Source of the DNA: Mustelus asterias
Taxonomy: Eukaryota
NCBI RefSeq assembly: GCF_964213995.1
Contig: NC_135807.1
Coordinates: forward strand, 61,628,001 to 61,692,000
DNA length: 64,000 nucleotides
Direction: 5' to 3'
Shown: positions 60,850 to 64,000 of the stretch, one piece after another
Position numbering within the stretch: the first letter of the stretch is position 1
How the letters are laid out: every line of letters starts with the position of its first letter
The notes under the pieces: generated by a model
What the model saw: the letters and a program-made list of their open reading frames with translations, nothing else
The model's database searches: none
Told to the model about the DNA's origin: nothing
Translations under genes and position numbers: made by a program

Positions 60850-63450
60850 AGCATATTTCTCTGCTTTAAGAATCAAACAGGTGTCACACCCACTGTTTAG
60901 GAATTTCTGGCGCAGTTAATAAGTTTTAAAAGAGAAAGAATAGGCCCACAAACGCACCGAAACTGACAAAGTATGGGAAGAAGCACAGAAAGGAAAAGAA
61001 AACTGCTGCTGTGGACCAATCTTGAAAAAAAATGATTAAAAACGTACTCACCTGTTACAAAAAATATCCACGGATAGAAAATTAAAGCTAAAACTTTTAG
61101 ACTTAGTCAAGGGCCAAAGCAGACCCAAAATCGTGAGTCTCGGAGAAGAAAATTCTTAGATTACAGAAGTACCTCAGTATTAAGAAATCAAAAGAAGCAC
61201 AAATTAATCCATTTTTATACTTGTTGTTGTAATTGCAGGTGAAGTAATCCCAAAACAAAGATGAATCCTCAACCATCTTTGGTGAGGGTATTAAAAGTCC
61301 TTGATAAAAATTTTAATATCAAAGCCATGGAGAGTGCAGACCTTAAAAGAACGTCTAGAACACTCCCAATAAAGTACCATGGGAGACAGAAGACCTCAGA
61401 TCAAGAGAGACAAAATACCTCCGGGCGAGAGAAACTGGATACCCTGGGGCTAGGGGTGACAGAATCATGCAATCCAGAAGATAATCACAGACCATGTAAG
61501 CATAATGATGTGCGTGAACTGAAGAATTTAGTGCAGAAGCAGTCAAAAGGCTTAAATATAGCGTTTGTTAAAACGGCTGACACGTTACTCAAATTGCAAC
61601 AGCAGGTGGCAGTGTGGAGCTGGCTGTGAATAAAAGAAAGTTACTTGAGATAACCCAAAGGAAACAAAACCTGCAAAAAGAAAATTAAGCTATTTGACAG
61701 AAAAACATTTGTATCAAAGCTAAGTTGATGGAACACAGCCAAAAGTACAGCAAAGCACAACAGCAGCCAGAGAAGATACTCAAAGATGTCACTGCCATGA
61801 AAGAGTCTTTGAAGAATCAAAACATAGCTCTGGATCAGTATGAGGAGCTAAAAAGATGTTGAATTCTACTTCAGCAAAAACAGCATTTGAGCTATCAGTA
61901 GCAACAAAGCAATGCACTGAAGTGCAATGTGGATTGGCAAGAGGGCAGCAAGAAAATAAACAGTTGAAAGAACAGCTGATTGTCCTTTAAGATCAAATGC
62001 AAACAAGTGCATAACCCTTCAGCAGCATAAAAAGATGAAGACTTGTGAACATCAGAATGCGGAAGAACAGCAGAAGAAACTTAAGGAAACTTGGTTGAAA
62101 TAGAATAAAATTAAAGATGAAGCAATTGAGCTTTGCAAAGAAAAGGAAAAAATGTTGAAGATTCCGCTAGGTCTAAGCTTGCTCCTCAGGAAATTTTCAG
62201 AGAGAAGCAAAATGAATTTAATGTCACCCTAAACAGACTGAAGAACCAGTTGGCAGAGAAGACTCAGCAATATTCAGAAATTCAGGAGGAAGGCAAGAGG
62301 TACAAGAAAGAAACTGAAGAGCTCAAGAACCAACTGAATGGAAAAGAGGAGGCATTGAAAGGAAAAGTTATAGAATGTTTGAAGCTGCGAGTGGATAATG
62401 AAATCATGGGTAGCACAAAGACAGAACTGAAACAAGTTTAGATTTTGCTGGAGACAAGAATGGCCAACAGTGAAACCAAAATGAAGAACAAGTGCAAACT
62501 TTACCATCACGTTGCGCCTGTTTTTGGTCAGTCTCTTGCTGGAAGTGGGTGAGAGGCAGGTTAATGTATTGAAATTTATTTACAGAAGCATTTACATGTC
62601 ATTAGTGAGCCTGGCGCTCAATCGTCCGGGCTCGCCTGCCTTTATGACCTCAGTGGGAAAGGTTCTTGCCGGCGAGGAATAGATATGGTCCCCATGAGGA
62701 GTCAACTTGGCCTCGCTGGTGGAACGGGAGGCCATTGAGGACCCCTGGGGAGGCCAAGGGCAAGGGGGGTGTCTCTTGGGCAGTGCCAGACCAGCAGTGC
62801 CACCCTGGCTCCTGGGCAGTGCCCACCAGGCTTTTGGGTGCATTAAGCCCCGCCCACAGGCTTCTGCAGTGAGCAATAGTCTTGCTCGAAATTTTGTATG
62901 CAGAGTGTGCATGGGGGGGGGGGCTAAAAATACATCCAAAATCCGGATCTGAAACTCTCCCAGTTTCAGGTCCGCCCGGCACTTAGACAAAAAATGGTAA
63001 AATACCGCCCAGAGAAAGAAAAGACAGAAAGGAGGATCAGAAAATGTAACTTTGACGCTGAACCTCAAGGAACTAGAAGAAAAAGCACAGGATGCCTCCA
63101 ACATACTGAAAACCATTGAGTTGTTGGCTGAAGTTGAAATGAAGATTCCATTTTTGAAATGTCAACTTCCAGGAAGAACATGATGGACCCCACGGAAAAG
63201 GAAAATTTATGTCCACCCCAGGAATGAATGGTGTGCACATTCCCTTTGGATAGAACGGAACAAACACACAGGGTCCAAACAAAGCAGACACGATGTTAGT
63301 AATAAAGATAGGCACAATCCTAAGGAATACACAAGTGAATCAAATGGAAATAACCAAGTGCCAGAAACACACAGAATACGACAACGTCAACATCAAACCA
63401 ACAGTCAACTCAGAGCAATTCCTACAAATGTGACAGAATGAGATCTGGAA
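60850..63450 (+). pseudogene. Decayed A-rich coiled-coil coding relic, possibly retroelement gag-like
   Basis: ORF pieces 61261-61629 and 62133-62441 are K/E/Q/L-rich with heptad character, broken by stops and a TIR element; no family motif recognised. Confidence 0.35.
62535..63010. mobile_element. Partial GC-rich TIR element of the same group as 45665-46813
   Basis: GGGCAGTGCC/GGCACTGCC motifs and terminus GGTAAAATACCGCCC. Confidence 0.55.
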
Positions 63451-64000
63451 GAATTATCATATCTTCAGACCGTTCTGAATGTATAAAGTCAGAGACTTGA
63501 GTGGGAGCGGGGCACAGATAGCAAGTAAAGATTGTATTGTAAATGTATTTGGGTAGAGGCCTGGAGGGGATGGAGGATAAAGATGTTGAGCAGAGTAAAG
63601 TTTAATATGAGACTGGAGAACAACGCCCTCCACATAGGGGTGTAGAGAGTCACAAAATAGCAGACGGTCTGTGGGGTAGAGTTTGGAAGGAGCTAGCATG
63701 GTGACAGCACCCAGGCATGGCAGTACCTTGGATATGTACATAGTTGTGGATTAACAATAAATGGTTTATGTTCAACCATACAAACCTCCAGAACTCTCCA
63801 TGAAGCATCAAACAACCTTTGCAACGTTGGTTTCAATCTGTCTCCTGCTCCTCAGGGTGATATGTTCAGCTTCCTGATTGTAGTTCTGTCTGCTCAGGAT
63901 CAGGGTTGGGACAGGCCTGGGCCCAGGCTAGGGGTAGCCGGACAATAGGACTTTAGATTTGTTGGAGTGGCTCTGGATCTTTATTGTGCTAGATGATGGG

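Noticed and set aside
1-64000. CRISPR arrays, operons, prokaryotic defence or retron systems
   Set aside because: Sequence is vertebrate intronic and intergenic DNA; no repeat-spacer arrays, and all RT pieces are LINE-derived

Overview
Repeat-rich vertebrate DNA, almost certainly from a shark: it carries HE1/V-SINEs, HER1/CR1 LINEs and Deu-type SINEs, plus a 200-N scaffold gap at 27084-27283. The only host gene I can support is the 3' end of a + strand CLC-family chloride channel/transporter of the ClC-6/7-like branch. Its exons are CBS1 19031-19210 (repeated at 31946-32125), 38361-38454, 42773-42865 and terminal CBS2 47287-47505, all phase-compatible. No upstream transmembrane exons were recognised. 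About 10 kb (14379-24238) and a G-tract flank recur after the gap; this is most likely an uncollapsed contig overlap or second haplotype caused by a long G-rich tract. The most unusual feature is a 336-bp intronic insertion at 40119-40454. It is bounded by a 13-bp target-site duplication and consists of two inverted Penelope-type terminal repeats, each with a minimal hammerhead-ribozyme motif, enclosing a 129-bp copy of the neighbouring exon/intron junction of the same gene. Also present are a tRNA-Leu(AAG)/HE1 chimeric insertion and a tRNA-Phe(GAA) copy inserted into a gypsy integrase fossil. Family names come from recalled consensus motifs, not database searches, and repeat boundaries are approximate unless a TSD or TIR is quoted.
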